The notes under the pieces: model-generated
The model's database searches: none
Told to the model about the DNA's origin: nothing
What the model saw: the letters and a program-made list of their open reading frames with translations, nothing else
Position numbers and translations under genes: made by a program
Shown here: one piece after another, positions 9,660 through 20,161 of the stretch
How positions within the stretch are numbered: the first letter of the stretch is position 1
Layout: each line of letters starts with the position of its first letter
Assembly: GCA_913774955.1 (NCBI GenBank)
Contig: CAJYKV010000007.1
Span: 333,693-397,692 of the forward strand
Reading direction: 5' to 3'
DNA: 64,000 nucleotides
Source: an uncultured Acidovorax sp.
Lineage (GTDB): Bacteria > Pseudomonadota > Gammaproteobacteria > Burkholderiales > Burkholderiaceae_C

Positions 9660-10688
9660 ATGGCAGCAGACATGGCGACAGGCAACGGAACGAGCCCTCA
9701 TGACAGGACCGGAAATTTCGGCAGCGGCAGCGACAGCGATAGCGACGTGCTCGTCATCGGCGGCGGCCCGGCCGGGCTGACGGCGGCGCTCTACCTCGCG
9801 CGCTTCCGGCGTTCGGTGGTGCTCGTCGATGCCGGCGACAGCCGCGTCGCGAAGATCCCCCGCTCGCACAACTACCCCGGTTTCGTGGACGGGATTCCGG
9901 GCCATTCGCTGCTGGAGACGCTGCGCGCGCAGATGCGGCGCTATCCGATTCGTACCGTGCGTGCCGAGGTCGATCGCATCGAGCGCGTGGTGCCGGACAC
10001 GGGCGCATCCGTACCGGCGCAAGGGCAAGGACAAGAACAAGGGCGAGGTGTCTTCCATGCGCACTGGCGCGGCGGTGGCAGCGTGCGCGCGCCGTTCGTG
10101 CTGCTGGCCACGGGCGTGGAAGACATCCCGCCGCCGATGCCGCATGTGCGGCAGGCCCTGGAAGACGGGCTGCTGCGCTACTGCCCCGTCTGCGATGCCT
10201 ACGAGGCGATCGGCCAGGCGATCGGTGTCATCGCCGAGGGGGCGCACGGGGTGGGAGAGGCGATCTATCTGCGACATTTCAGTGCCGACGTCACGCTGTT
10301 CCTCGCGCCCGGCGATGCGGTGCTGTCCGATGATGACCGCGAGCATCTGGTGCGCGCCGGCATCCGCTGGACGCAGGCGCCGGTGGATGCGATCCGCCGC
10401 GAGGGGGACCGCGTGGTGATCCACCATGCGGGTGGCAGTTCGGCGTGCGACACGCTCTACTGCGCGCTGGGCCTGCAGATCCATGCGGGCCTGGCCGCCG
10501 GGCTGGGGGCCGCGCTGGATGCGGCCGGCTACGTGGTGGTGGATGCCCACGGCGCGACCACGGTGCCGGGGCTGTATGCGGCCGGGGACGTGGCCCAGGG
10601 GCTGAACCAGATCGCCGTGGCGGCGGGCGGTGCGGCCATCGCGTCCTCGGCGATCCATCTGGCGCTCGGGCCGTCGTTCGGCACCTAG
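9660..10688 (+). CDS. Thioredoxin reductase-like NAD(P)/FAD oxidoreductase
   Basis: VIGGGPAGL, LLATG, YCPVCD CxxC, GLYAAGDV. Confidence 0.9.
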   Translation: MAADMATGNGTSPHDRTGNFGSGSDSDSDVLVIGGGPAGLTAALYLARFRRSVVLVDAGDSRVAKIPRSHNYPGFVDGIPGHSLLETLRAQMRRYPIRTVRAEVDRIERVVPDTGASVPAQGQGQEQGRGVFHAHWRGGGSVRAPFVLLATGVEDIPPPMPHVRQALEDGLLRYCPVCDAYEAIGQAIGVIAEGAHGVGEAIYLRHFSADVTLFLAPGDAVLSDDDREHLVRAGIRWTQAPVDAIRREGDRVVIHHAGGSSACDTLYCALGLQIHAGLAAGLGAALDAAGYVVVDAHGATTVPGLYAAGDVAQGLNQIAVAAGGAAIASSAIHLALGPSFGT

Positions 10689-10783
10689 CGCGTCCGCGGC
10701 GGGCATCGCGGTTCACGGCGCCTGCATTCCGCACTGCAGGGGGCCCGCCGGCGTCGTGCGTGCGACACTGGCCGGCTCCCCCC

Positions 10784-11722
10784 ATGATCCGCCCGCGCGC
10801 TTCTCCCGTGCCCTCTTCCGATTCCGCTGTTCCTTCTCCCTCCGGCAAGGCCGCCACCGGCCTCGCCCTCGCGCTCGTCGGCGCCATCGCTTTCAGCGGC
10901 AAGGCCATCATCGTGAAGCTCGCCTACCGGTACGGCGTGGATGCCGTCACGCTGCTGATGTACCGCATGCTGTTCGCGCTGCCGATCTTCGCGGCCATGG
11001 GATGGTGGGCGAGCCGCGGCAAGCCGCCGCTGTCGCGCCGCGACTGGCTCGGTATCGCGGGGCTGGGCGTGACGGGCTACTACCTCGCGAGCTTTCTCGA
11101 TTTCGCCGGGCTGGCCTACATCACGGCCAGCCTGGAACGGCTCATCCTGTACCTCAACCCCACGCTGGTGGTGGTGCTGGGCTGGCTGCTCTACGGGCGC
11201 GGCATCCGCCGCGGTCAGGTGCTGGGCATGGCGATCAGCTACTGCGGCGTGGTGCTGGTGTTCGGCCACGAGGCCAGCCTGCAGGGCAAGGACGTGGCCT
11301 GGGGCGTGCTGCTGGTCTTTCTCTCGGCCGTGAGCTACGCGGTCTACCTCGTCTACAGCGGCGAGATGGTGCGGCGCGTGGGCTCGCTGCGCCTCGTGGG
11401 CCTGGCCACCACGGTGGCGTGCGTGTGCTGCATCGCGCAGTTCGTGGTGCTGCGGCCGCTCTCGGCGGCGCTGGTGGCGCCCGAGGTGCTGGGCCTGTCG
11501 GTGCTCAACGCGGTGTTCTGCACCGCGGTGCCGGTGCTGCTGGTGATGATGGCCATCGAGCGCATCGGCGCGGGCGCGGCGGCGCAGGCCGGCATGGTCG
11601 GGCCGCTCTCCACCATCCTCATGGGCGTGTGGCTGCTGGGCGAGCCGTTCACGCTCTGGGTCGCGGCCGGCACGGCGCTGGTCGTGGCGGGGATCTTCGT
11701 GTTCACCCGCATGAGGGCTTGA
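10784..11722 (+). CDS. DMT/EamA family transporter
   Basis: About 10 TM segments, duplicated EamA pattern. Confidence 0.88.
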   Translation: MIRPRASPVPSSDSAVPSPSGKAATGLALALVGAIAFSGKAIIVKLAYRYGVDAVTLLMYRMLFALPIFAAMGWWASRGKPPLSRRDWLGIAGLGVTGYYLASFLDFAGLAYITASLERLILYLNPTLVVVLGWLLYGRGIRRGQVLGMAISYCGVVLVFGHEASLQGKDVAWGVLLVFLSAVSYAVYLVYSGEMVRRVGSLRLVGLATTVACVCCIAQFVVLRPLSAALVAPEVLGLSVLNAVFCTAVPVLLVMMAIERIGAGAAAQAGMVGPLSTILMGVWLLGEPFTLWVAAGTALVVAGIFVFTRMRA

Positions 11723-11873
11723 GGGGCAGGCGCCATCCGCTATTCCCCGTCGCCCCACGCGGGTGCCGGGCTTCCGTACCATCGCGGTTCCGGCGCCAGG
11801 GCGCGCCACCACCAACCACCACCACAGCGTGGCCATGCCCCAGGGCATGGCACGCAACGAAAGGACGAGCACT

Positions 11874-12704
11874 ATGGATCTGGGTATCACGGGCAAATGG
11901 GCACTGGTCTGCGGCGCGAGCAAGGGCCTGGGCTACGGCTGCGCCGAAGCGCTGGTGCGCGAGGGTGTGAACGTCGTCATCAACGCGCGCAATCCCGAGG
12001 ACCTGCGGCTGGCCGCCGCGCAGCTCGCTTCCGCGGGCGCCGAGATCACCGCTGCCGCCGGCCAGAAGGGCCCGCCGCCGCAGGTGGTGGTGGTGCCCGC
12101 CGACATCACCACGCCGGAGGGCCGCGAGGCCGCGTTCGCGGCGCCGGGCGGGCCGGGGCGCGATTTCGACATCGTGGTGACCAACGCGGGCGGCCCGCCG
12201 CCCGGCGATTTCCGCGACTGGGACCGCGAGGCCTGGATCCGCGCGGTGGACGCCAACATGCTCACGCCGATCGAGCTGATCCGCGCGACGGTGGACGGCA
12301 TGGCCGCGCGCGGCTTCGGCCGCATCGTGAACATCACGTCGAGCGCGGTGAAGGCGCCGATCGACATCCTGGGGCTGTCCAACGGCGCGCGCAGCGGCCT
12401 CACGGGCTTCGTGGCGGGCGCGGCGCGCAGCGGCATCGCCGCCAAGGGCGTGACCATCAACAACCTGCTGCCGGGCAAGTTCGACACCGACCGGCTGGCC
12501 GCCACCATCCAGGCCGCCGTGAAGAAGTCGGGCAAGAGCGAGGACGACGTGCGCCGCGCGCAGCAGGCGGCGATTCCCGCCGGCCGCTATGGCACGCCGC
12601 AGGAGTTCGGCGCGATCTGCGCCTTCCTCTGCAGCGTGCAGGCGGCCTACCTGACCGGGCAGAACGTGCTGGCGGATGGCGGTGCGTACCCAGGCGCGTT
12701 CTGA
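11874..12704 (+). CDS. SDR family oxidoreductase
   Basis: ALVCGASKGLG, VTNAGG, NNLLPG, GRYGTPQE. Confidence 0.9.
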   Translation: MDLGITGKWALVCGASKGLGYGCAEALVREGVNVVINARNPEDLRLAAAQLASAGAEITAAAGQKGPPPQVVVVPADITTPEGREAAFAAPGGPGRDFDIVVTNAGGPPPGDFRDWDREAWIRAVDANMLTPIELIRATVDGMAARGFGRIVNITSSAVKAPIDILGLSNGARSGLTGFVAGAARSGIAAKGVTINNLLPGKFDTDRLAATIQAAVKKSGKSEDDVRRAQQAAIPAGRYGTPQEFGAICAFLCSVQAAYLTGQNVLADGGAYPGAF

Positions 12705-12777
12705 CCGCCGGGTGAATCCCGGGTGATCGCCGGGCGCTGCACAGGCCGGCCCGGCCCGCCCGCCGCGGCGTCCCGGT

Positions 12778-13608
12778 TCACATGTTCCAGATGCGCGGCC
12801 GGTTCGGCGGCAGGCTCCAGAGCTGCGTGCGCCAAGTGCCCCACACCTGCCGCAGCAGGTCCATGGCCGGCTCGACGACCGGGGCCAGCGCACGCACCAC
12901 CACCACCTGCGGATGTGGGCTGGTCGCGCCCGCGGTGCCCTGCAGCGCATGCGCATCGATCACGGCGCGCGCCGCGTCCAGCGCCGCCTCCCGGCGCTCG
13001 CGCGGCAGCGCCTCGCCCGCCACGAAGAACGCCGAGGCCAGGCAGCGGTGCCCGGCGAGCCCGAGCCGACCGTCCATCAGCAGCGCATCGGCGGCGTCGA
13101 TCGTGCCGCGCTCCAGCCAGATGCCGGGCACCTCGATGTGCTGCGTGAAGCGGCCTTCCGCGAAAGGCTGGCCGGAATGCGGCAGCCCCAGCGCGGTGAC
13201 GTCCCAGGCGATGCATTCGGCGCCGGGCGCGAGCGACAGCGTGAGCCGGTTCTCGGCCTGGCAGGCGCTGTAGCAGAGCGCCTCCAGCGGCAGCCATTCG
13301 AGCCGGGCGCCGGCCGCCAGCGTGGCCTGCGTGCGCTGCAGCGCGGGCGCGCCTGCGGACCGGTAGAAACGCGAGGCCCCCGGCGTGGTGACGAGGCCGT
13401 GGGCTCCCGGCGCCACGGTGGCGGTGATGTCCAGCGTGTCGCCGCCCACCAGCCCGCCGGGCGGATGCACGAGCACGTTGTGGCAGATGCCGTCGCCTTC
13501 CGGATAGAGGCTCTGCAGGATGCGCAGCGGCCCGTCGTGCAGAAAGCGCGCCACGGTGCGCGGGCCTTCCCGCCGGTAGTCCAGTTGCAGGCGGGCGTGC
13601 CAGGTCAT
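12778..13608 (-). CDS. ureD: Urease accessory protein UreD
   Basis: WHARLQLDY, GPLRILQSLYPEG, VHPPGGLVGGD, TTPGASRFYRS, LEWLP. Confidence 0.92.
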   Translation of the reverse strand: MTWHARLQLDYRREGPRTVARFLHDGPLRILQSLYPEGDGICHNVLVHPPGGLVGGDTLDITATVAPGAHGLVTTPGASRFYRSAGAPALQRTQATLAAGARLEWLPLEALCYSACQAENRLTLSLAPGAECIAWDVTALGLPHSGQPFAEGRFTQHIEVPGIWLERGTIDAADALLMDGRLGLAGHRCLASAFFVAGEALPRERREAALDAARAVIDAHALQGTAGATSPHPQVVVVRALAPVVEPAMDLLRQVWGTWRTQLWSLPPNRPRIWNM

Positions 13609-13714
13609 CGTGCGTCGTACTCTCGGCTGTGGGGATGGGCGCGCATGATAAGCCGGGCGCGCCCCACCCGGCATCCCGGCCGGCATCCCGGGCGCATTCC
13701 GTGAGGTGCCGGTC

Positions 13715-14287
13715 TCAGTCGGTTTTCCACGCGCCTTCGTGCGAGGCCGACGCCTCCGCGACCAGCGCGGGGCCGATGCAGTCGATCGGATGGGGCGAGG
13801 CGTCGAACACGTCGCGGCAGGAGAGTTCTGCATCGCGCTGGTCCTGCCGCTCGCCCCGGAAGGCGCGCAGGCGCACCGCGTCGATGCCATAGACCACGCG
13901 GCCGATGTTGGCCCAGAAGATGGCGCCCGCGCACATCACGCAGGGCTCGCCGGACGAGTACAGCGTGGCGCGCGCCAGCACCTCGCGCGGATGCTTCGGG
14001 CTGGCGATGCGGATGGCCGAAGTTTCGGCATGCGCGGTGCAGTCGCCGGTCTCGCCGTTGGCGTTCCAGGCTTCGGCCAGTACCGTGCCGTCGCCGCCGA
14101 CGATCACGGCGCCGAAGGGCCGGTTGCCGCGCGCCCGCGCCCTGTCCGCCAGCGCGATCGCCTGCCGCAGGTAGCGGCCGTCGCGCTCGCCGATCGGCGT
14201 CTCTTCGGGCAGGGACACGGTGCCCGCAGCGCTTGCCGCTGTATCCGCGGTCGGCGAAAGCCGAGGGGTGGCGGGATGCATGCTCAT
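13715..14287 (-). CDS. Nucleoside deaminase (CDA-like Zn deaminase)
   Basis: PFGAVIV, HAE, SSGEPCVMC. Confidence 0.9.
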   Translation of the reverse strand: MSMHPATPRLSPTADTAASAAGTVSLPEETPIGERDGRYLRQAIALADRARARGNRPFGAVIVGGDGTVLAEAWNANGETGDCTAHAETSAIRIASPKHPREVLARATLYSSGEPCVMCAGAIFWANIGRVVYGIDAVRLRAFRGERQDQRDAELSCRDVFDASPHPIDCIGPALVAEASASHEGAWKTD

Positions 14288-15315
14288 GCGGCACCTTTCG
14301 CGCCCGCGGCTGGCAGGAAGCCGGGGTTGAACACGCGCTCCGGCGCGGGCTTCGCGGCGAGCTGGAACACCGTGGCCACCTCGTCGAGCTGGCGGCCCAG
14401 CACGGCGGGCTGCACGCGGCCCAGGGCACCGGGTGGCAGATCCGGAGGCGAGAGATACTGCCGCGCGATGGCCCAGCGTTCGCGCTCCACCTCCAGGTTC
14501 AGAATGGGTTCGCGGGCTTTGACCGCTGCCAGCGCCTCCTCGGGGTTGGCGAGCGCTTCGCGCAGCGCCCGGTGGCTCGCGCGCACGAAGGCCCGGGCCG
14601 CCTCGGGCTTCTCCTGCAGCAAGCGGCCCGCGAGCAGTGCATTGCCGTAGAGGTGCAGGCCGGCCTTGCCGTAATCGAGGACGGCGAGGTCCTTGGGCGG
14701 CATGCGCGCGAACAGCGACACGGCGGAATCGTGGAAATAGGTGGCCGCGTCCACGTCGCCGCGCACCACCACGTTGTCGCGCGCGCTGAAATCCGTGGTC
14801 ACCCAGTCGAAGAGATCGGGGCCGGTCTGCAGCGCGCGGGCCACCATGGGCCAGCAGCGGCGCGTGGATTCCACCGCCGCCGCGGCCACGCGCTTGCCCT
14901 TGAGCGAGAGGAAGTCCTCGGTGATGCCGCGGTCCCGGCGGCCGATGATGACGAAGGGCGCGCGCTGGTAGTACTGGTAGATCGCCTGCACCGGCGCGGC
15001 GGGGTTCTGCGACTGGAACTCGGCCAGCGCACTCAGGTCGCCCAGACCCAGGTCGTAGGCGCCGCTGGCCACGCGCGTGATCGACGCCACCGAGCCCGCG
15101 CCGACGTCGATGCGCACGTCCAGGCCCTCTTCGCGGTAGTAGCCCTTGGCGAGCGCGAGGAAGAAGGGCGAGGTCTGGCTGGTGACGCGGAAGTCGAGCG
15201 TGAACTTCAGCGGCGTGAGCGTGCCCTGCGCATGGACGAAGGGCGCGAAGGAAGCGCCCAGGGCCGCGCCGGTGGAGGCGGCGAGGGAGCGTGAAAGAAA
15301 CTGGCGTCGTTGCAT
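14284..15315 (-). CDS. ABC substrate-binding protein, NMT1/THI5 family, Tat-like signal
   Basis: MQRRQFLSR signal; AKGYYREEGLDV; GAGS motif. Confidence 0.87.
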   Translation of the reverse strand: MQRRQFLSRSLAASTGAALGASFAPFVHAQGTLTPLKFTLDFRVTSQTSPFFLALAKGYYREEGLDVRIDVGAGSVASITRVASGAYDLGLGDLSALAEFQSQNPAAPVQAIYQYYQRAPFVIIGRRDRGITEDFLSLKGKRVAAAAVESTRRCWPMVARALQTGPDLFDWVTTDFSARDNVVVRGDVDAATYFHDSAVSLFARMPPKDLAVLDYGKAGLHLYGNALLAGRLLQEKPEAARAFVRASHRALREALANPEEALAAVKAREPILNLEVERERWAIARQYLSPPDLPPGALGRVQPAVLGRQLDEVATVFQLAAKPAPERVFNPGFLPAAGAKGAA

Positions 15316-15480
15316 GGCCGTACCTCGAAAGGGTGTGCGGTGGGCCGGCTCCGGGGCCGTGGCGCGCCGCGCAGCACGCGGCGCACCGCCGGGAACGAAG
15401 GCCGGTGCGGGACGAGCAATTTCCGGGCGACGGCGGAACGGAGCCTGCCGTGCTGAACGCTTCTACTCGGCGGCGTCAAT

Positions 15481-15494
15481 GCATGAAGCGTGCC
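15481..15494 (-). promoter_or_regulatory. Sigma54-like -24/-12 promoter
   Basis: GG-CACGCTTCAT-GC (GG-N10-GC) on the minus strand upstream of 15315. Confidence 0.5.
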
Positions 15495-15959
15495 CGGAGT
15501 GATGCGTACGGCATGGCGTGCCCGGCATGCCCGGCAGCGTGCCGACTGCTGCGCGCAGGAGGGCGCTGCGGTGCGGCGGGCCGTGCGGTGCGGCCGGGCA
15601 CCGCTGGTGCACCCCTGCAGGCCGCCATTCCTCGTTCTGGTGCGGTGCTTCACCGCCGCAGGGCATGCCGCGCGCCGCGCGTGCCGGCGCCGCGCCGTCG
15701 TCGCTGGCCCGCCGATTGCATGGGTGTGCGGCGAGAGTAGAAGCGTTCAGTACGGCCGCCGGGCCCCTTCGCGGGGCAGGGCGGGCGGCGGGTCATTGCT
15801 CTTGAAGCCGGCGGCGGTCTTCCGCGGTGCGCGTGGCGAGACCGCGCGTTCGGGGAGGACTGCCGCCTTCATCCACTTCAAGGGCCGCGCCGCACTGCGC
15901 CACCGGCGCGATCGCGCGCATTCCCGGCCCTTGCGTGCTGCAACGACGAGGAAACCACC

Positions 15960-16973
15960 ATGACCCTTTCCATCCTTACCGGCGCGACCGCCCGCGCCGA
16001 CGTGCAGGAGGAACTCTCCCGCGAGGCCCGCATGGGCGGCCTGGGCGAAGAAACCCGCGAGCGCGAAGTGCGCTGCATCGACATCTCCGATTTCGACCGC
16101 CGCAAGGAAGAGATCGCCGAGCAGCTCTGGAGCGCCTCGGTCGATATCGGCTTCTTCCAGGTCTCGCACCACGGCATTCCCCTGGAGGACATCCACGCGG
16201 CCTTCGAGCGCGCCGAGGCCTTCTTCGCCCTGCCGCGCGACATCAAGGCGCAATGGCCGCTCGCGCGCAACGCGGGCTGGGAGCACAAGGCGCAGATCCG
16301 GCCGTCCACGCGCACGCCGGACCAGAAGGAGTCCTACCAGGTCACGCGCCCGCGCATGGAGGGCCTGTGGCCCACGGAGGAGGAACTGCCGGGCTTCCGC
16401 GCGGCGACGCTCGCCTTCGAGCGCCAGTGCTGGGAGGTGGGCATGCGCCTGCTCTCGTGCTTCGCCTGGAAGCTCGGCTTCGACGATGCGTTCTTCACGC
16501 GCGCGCACGATCCGTCCGTGCCGGCCTACCAGAGCACGTTGCGGATGCTGCATTATTTCGCGGTGGACCCGGCGCTCCAGGACGAGCTGGGGCTGTGGCG
16601 CGCGGGCGCGCACACGGATTTCGACTGCCTCACGCTGCTTTTCCAGCGCGCCGGGCAGGGCGGGCTGCAGGTGCTGCCGGGCAAGGAGATGGAAGGGCGC
16701 CGCTGGACGCCCGTGGATCCGGCCGAGGGCGTGATCACCTGCAACATCGGCGACATGCTCACGCGCTGGAGCGACGACGTGCTGCCGAGCAATTTCCACC
16801 GCGTGCGCAATCCGCTGCCGCACGAGTACCAGGGCGCGCGCTACAGCCTCGCGTTCTTCTGCCAGGCCAACGAGGATGCGGTGATCGCGGGGCCGGCGGG
16901 AACGCATCCGGCCATCACCGCGGGCGAATACCTGCGCCAGCGCATCAGCGCGAATTTCTCCAACCGCTATTGA
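15960..16973 (+). CDS. 2OG-Fe(II) oxygenase, isopenicillin N synthase family
   Basis: IGFFQVSHHG, HTD...FHRV facial triad, RYS motif. Confidence 0.9.
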   Translation: MTLSILTGATARADVQEELSREARMGGLGEETREREVRCIDISDFDRRKEEIAEQLWSASVDIGFFQVSHHGIPLEDIHAAFERAEAFFALPRDIKAQWPLARNAGWEHKAQIRPSTRTPDQKESYQVTRPRMEGLWPTEEELPGFRAATLAFERQCWEVGMRLLSCFAWKLGFDDAFFTRAHDPSVPAYQSTLRMLHYFAVDPALQDELGLWRAGAHTDFDCLTLLFQRAGQGGLQVLPGKEMEGRRWTPVDPAEGVITCNIGDMLTRWSDDVLPSNFHRVRNPLPHEYQGARYSLAFFCQANEDAVIAGPAGTHPAITAGEYLRQRISANFSNRY

Positions 16974-17040
16974 TGGGTGGAGGGCGGTCCGGCCATGCGC
17001 CGGGCCGGACCGGGCAGGAGGCATCGGAGCCCCCGAAGCG

Positions 17041-17304
17041 TCAGCGCGCGCCGGGACGTGCCGGCGGGCGGCCCGCGCCGCGGCCTTCGATGTGCCGGAA
17101 GGTGAGCCGGCCCTTGTTGAGGTCGTAGGGCGAGAGTTCGAGCGACACGCGGTCGCCGGCCAGCACGCGGATGCGGTGCTTGCGCATCTTGCCGCCGGCA
17201 TAGGCGATCAACTGGTGCCCGTTGTCGAGCGTCACGCGGAATCGGGAGTCGGGCAGCACTTCATCCACTTTGCCCTGCATTTCGATCAGATCTTCTTTGG
17301 ACAC
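17041..17304 (-). CDS. infA: Translation initiation factor IF-1 paralog
   Basis: [53 protein letters not shown]. Confidence 0.92.
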   Translation of the reverse strand: MSKEDLIEMQGKVDEVLPDSRFRVTLDNGHQLIAYAGGKMRKHRIRVLAGDRVSLELSPYDLNKGRLTFRHIEGRGAGRPPARPGAR

Positions 17305-17337
17305 GGAACTCCTTCGGTAGGGATGGGGAAAAAACGG

Positions 17338-17553
17338 TCAGGCGGCCGCGCCCTGCAGCGCGATCTCGCGGCCCTGGTCGAGGGCATAGCGCGTGGCGAG
17401 CACGTCGCTGTCGAAGCGGGGCAGGAAGCGGAAGATGCGGTCGTGCATGCCTCTGCGGACGGAAACGGAAGCGGCAAAGTGGCCTGTCTCGGTGCGCCGG
17501 GTGAGCGGCGTCACGAGAAAACGGCCCACCGCGAAAACGGTCGGTGCGTGCAT
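17338..17553 (-). CDS. Small hypothetical protein upstream of infA
   Basis: 71 aa, normal composition (FAVGRFLVTPLTRR...RIFRFLPRF) within a longer shadow ORF. Confidence 0.6.
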   Translation of the reverse strand: MHAPTVFAVGRFLVTPLTRRTETGHFAASVSVRRGMHDRIFRFLPRFDSDVLATRYALDQGREIALQGAAA

Positions 17554-17970
17554 ATCGGAAACAAAAGTGGCAACGGCGTGCCGTGGCACGCGCGAACAAC
17601 AGGACGCCGGGAGAGCCCCGGGCGCGGCCGGCGGTGCGGCGGCGTGGAGCGCAAAGCTGGCGAACGGGTCGCCGGAGGGCAGCGCGGGCCGGGAGTCCGG
17701 AAACGGAGCGCGCTGGAGGAGGGGAGGGCTTGCCGGGGGGGCGGGAGCCGCTGTGTTGCGGGCTGCCGGACGGTGTGGGGAAGGGGACCGTGCGCTGGCA
17801 CGTGCCGCAAGCCCCGGCGAGGCAAGCACATCGCGAGGGCCCATGAGTGTAGCGCATGCGGCACTGTTCGTATAGCGCGATTGCATTGTGTTGCGCGTCG
17901 GCACCGGCCATCGCGTTGGCACCGGGCCGTGCTAGCCTGCAGTGTGATTTCTCAACCGAAGGTACGTTGC

Positions 17971-18183
17971 ATGGCCACCGCGTCCACTACCACCGCCCGC
18001 ATGGGCGAACTGCGCGAGGCTCTGCCCCGCATCGACACGCTGCTGCGTGGCAACCGGGCGGGCGAGATCGGCGAGGACGTGATCGACGAACTCGTGCAGC
18101 ACGCCTGGATGGAGTGGAACGGGGGCGCGCTGCGCCTCACGGCCACCGGCCAGAACATCTGCCGGCAGATGCAGGCCCGCTGA
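17971..18183 (+). CDS. Small hypothetical protein, possibly winged-helix-like
   Basis: 70 aa; IDELVQHAWMEWNGGALRLTATG resembles a wing motif. Confidence 0.55.
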   Translation: MATASTTTARMGELREALPRIDTLLRGNRAGEIGEDVIDELVQHAWMEWNGGALRLTATGQNICRQMQAR

Positions 18184-18271
18184 AGCCCGCCCGAGCCGCC
18201 ATGGCCAGGCGCCGCCGCGGTATCCGCCGCGCAGCGGCGTGTCCGGTGCGCCAGGCCCGGTCGTCCGGAGG

Positions 18272-19120
18272 TCAGCCGGCTGCGCCGCCGTCCGCCGCCG
18301 CGATCCACGGCGCGAGCCAGCCCAGGCCCGCGGAGGTGCCGCCCGCCACCGCGCCGCGCGCGGGGCGGTACTCGCAGCCGATCCAGCCCGCGTACCCCAG
18401 CGCATCGATCAGCCGGAACAGGTAGGGGTAGTGCAGCTCACCCCGATCGGGTTCGTGCCGCTCCGGAACCCCCGCGATCTGCAGATGGCCCACGCGGCCC
18501 GTGGGCAGGTAGCGGCGCAGCTTCGTCGCCACGTCGCCCTCGGCGATCTGGCAGTGGTAGAGGTCCATCTGCACCTGTACCGGTCCATCTCCATCCACCG
18601 GGCCCGCGCCCTCCGCGATCTCCGCCGCCAGCGCGTGCGCGTCCTCCTGCCGCTGCAGGAAGTAGCCCGGCATGTCGCGGCCGTTGATCGGCTCGATCAG
18701 CAGCGCGATGCCGTGGGGGGCCGACAGTGCCGCGGCATGGCGCAGGTTGGCCACATAAGTGGTGCGCAACGCGTCGGTCGCCACACCCGCTGGGGCGATG
18801 CCGGCCATCACGTGGATGCGCGGGCAGCCCAGCACGCGGGCATAGGCAATGGCCTGTGCGATGCCCTCGCGGAACTCGGCTTCGCGGCCCGGCAGGCAGG
18901 CAATGCCCCGCTCGCCGGCCTCCCAGTCGCCCGGCGGCGCATTGAACAGCACCTGCTGCAGGCCGTGGCGCTGCAGCAGGGCGGCGAGGTGGCCTGCTTC
19001 GTGCGCATAAGGAAACAGGAACTCCACGCCCCGGAAGCCGTCGCGGGCGGCGGCGGCGAAGCGTTCGATGAACTCCAGCTCCGGATAGAGCAGGGACAGG
19101 TTGGCGGCGAATCGGGGCAT
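18272..19120 (-). CDS. Hydroxypyruvate isomerase family (Hyi/OtnI)
   Basis: [43 protein letters not shown]. Confidence 0.92.
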   Translation of the reverse strand: MPRFAANLSLLYPELEFIERFAAAARDGFRGVEFLFPYAHEAGHLAALLQRHGLQQVLFNAPPGDWEAGERGIACLPGREAEFREGIAQAIAYARVLGCPRIHVMAGIAPAGVATDALRTTYVANLRHAAALSAPHGIALLIEPINGRDMPGYFLQRQEDAHALAAEIAEGAGPVDGDGPVQVQMDLYHCQIAEGDVATKLRRYLPTGRVGHLQIAGVPERHEPDRGELHYPYLFRLIDALGYAGWIGCEYRPARGAVAGGTSAGLGWLAPWIAAADGGAAG

Positions 19121-19173
19121 GGCGGCGTGCGGCGGTGGGCCGCCATTGTGCCGCCCACCCGCACGCCTGCTGC

Positions 19174-20007
19174 CTATTGCTCTGCGTAGTGGTAGGTGAG
19201 CCCGCCGTCCACGAAGTGCGTGCCGCCGGTGATGTAGCGCGCCTCGTCGCCCGCCAGGAATGCCACCAGCCCGGCCACGTCCTCCGGCTGCCCCAGCCGG
19301 CCCAGCGGAATCTGGGCCGTGAGCGCGCGCAATTGCTCGGGGTTGTTCAGCAGCTGCGTGTTGATGGGCGTGGCGATCGCGCCCGGCGCGATGTTGTTGA
19401 CGCGGATGCCCAGCGGCGCGAGTTCGGTCGCGAGGTTGCGCGTGAGCATGCGCAGCGCGCCCTTGCTCGCGCAGTACGAGGCGAAATGCGGGAACGCGAT
19501 CTCCTCGTGCACCGAGCTGATGTTCACGACGACGCCGCGGCCGGGGGACGCCGCCTCGCCCGACGGCTTCGCCTCGCCCGCTGGGCCCTGGCCCTGGCCG
19601 TACGCGCGCACGTGCCGCACGAACGCCTGCGTGGCGAAGAACAGGCCCTTCACGTTGGTGTCCATGACGAGGTCGTAGTCCTCCTCGGTCACGTCCCAGA
19701 AATCGGCGCTGCGCTCCACGCCGGCGTTGTTCACGAGGATGTCGAGCCCGCCGAGCGCTTTGGCGGCTTCCTGCACCAGCCGCGCGGCTTCCGCGGCACC
19801 GCCGCTGATGTCCGCCGCCACGTACACGGCACGGCGGCCCAGGCCCGCGATGCGATCGATGAGTTCCCGGGGAGCGCCGTCGGGGTCGCGGCCGTTGAGC
19901 ACCACGTCCGCGCCGTCCTGCGCGAACCGGAGCGCGATGGCCGCACCGATGCCCTGGGTGCTGCCGGTGACGAGGGCCTTGCGGCCGGCGAGGTGTCCAT
20001 TCGCCAT
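19174..20007 (-). CDS. SDR, glucose 1-dehydrogenase-like
   Basis: [26 protein letters not shown]. Confidence 0.9.
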   Translation of the reverse strand: MANGHLAGRKALVTGSTQGIGAAIALRFAQDGADVVLNGRDPDGAPRELIDRIAGLGRRAVYVAADISGGAAEAARLVQEAAKALGGLDILVNNAGVERSADFWDVTEEDYDLVMDTNVKGLFFATQAFVRHVRAYGQGQGPAGEAKPSGEAASPGRGVVVNISSVHEEIAFPHFASYCASKGALRMLTRNLATELAPLGIRVNNIAPGAIATPINTQLLNNPEQLRALTAQIPLGRLGQPEDVAGLVAFLAGDEARYITGGTHFVDGGLTYHYAEQ

Positions 20008-20161
20008 GGGATTGCCTTTCCTGGAAGAGCTGGAATGAGGCTTTCCACTGTAGAGATGGCGCTGGGGGCTCCGCGTAGTCCACCGCCCCGTGGCGGGTGC
20101 GAAACGTGCCGCGACGTAGCGCGGCAACTCCGGACAATCCTGGCGCGCCGGCCAGCCGCCC

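Noticed and set aside
13665-13692. Short repeats such as CCGGCATCCCGG x2 (also 15520-15540 and the QG-rich insert at 10020-10045)
   Set aside because: Two copies only, low-complexity GC-rich sequence, no array structure
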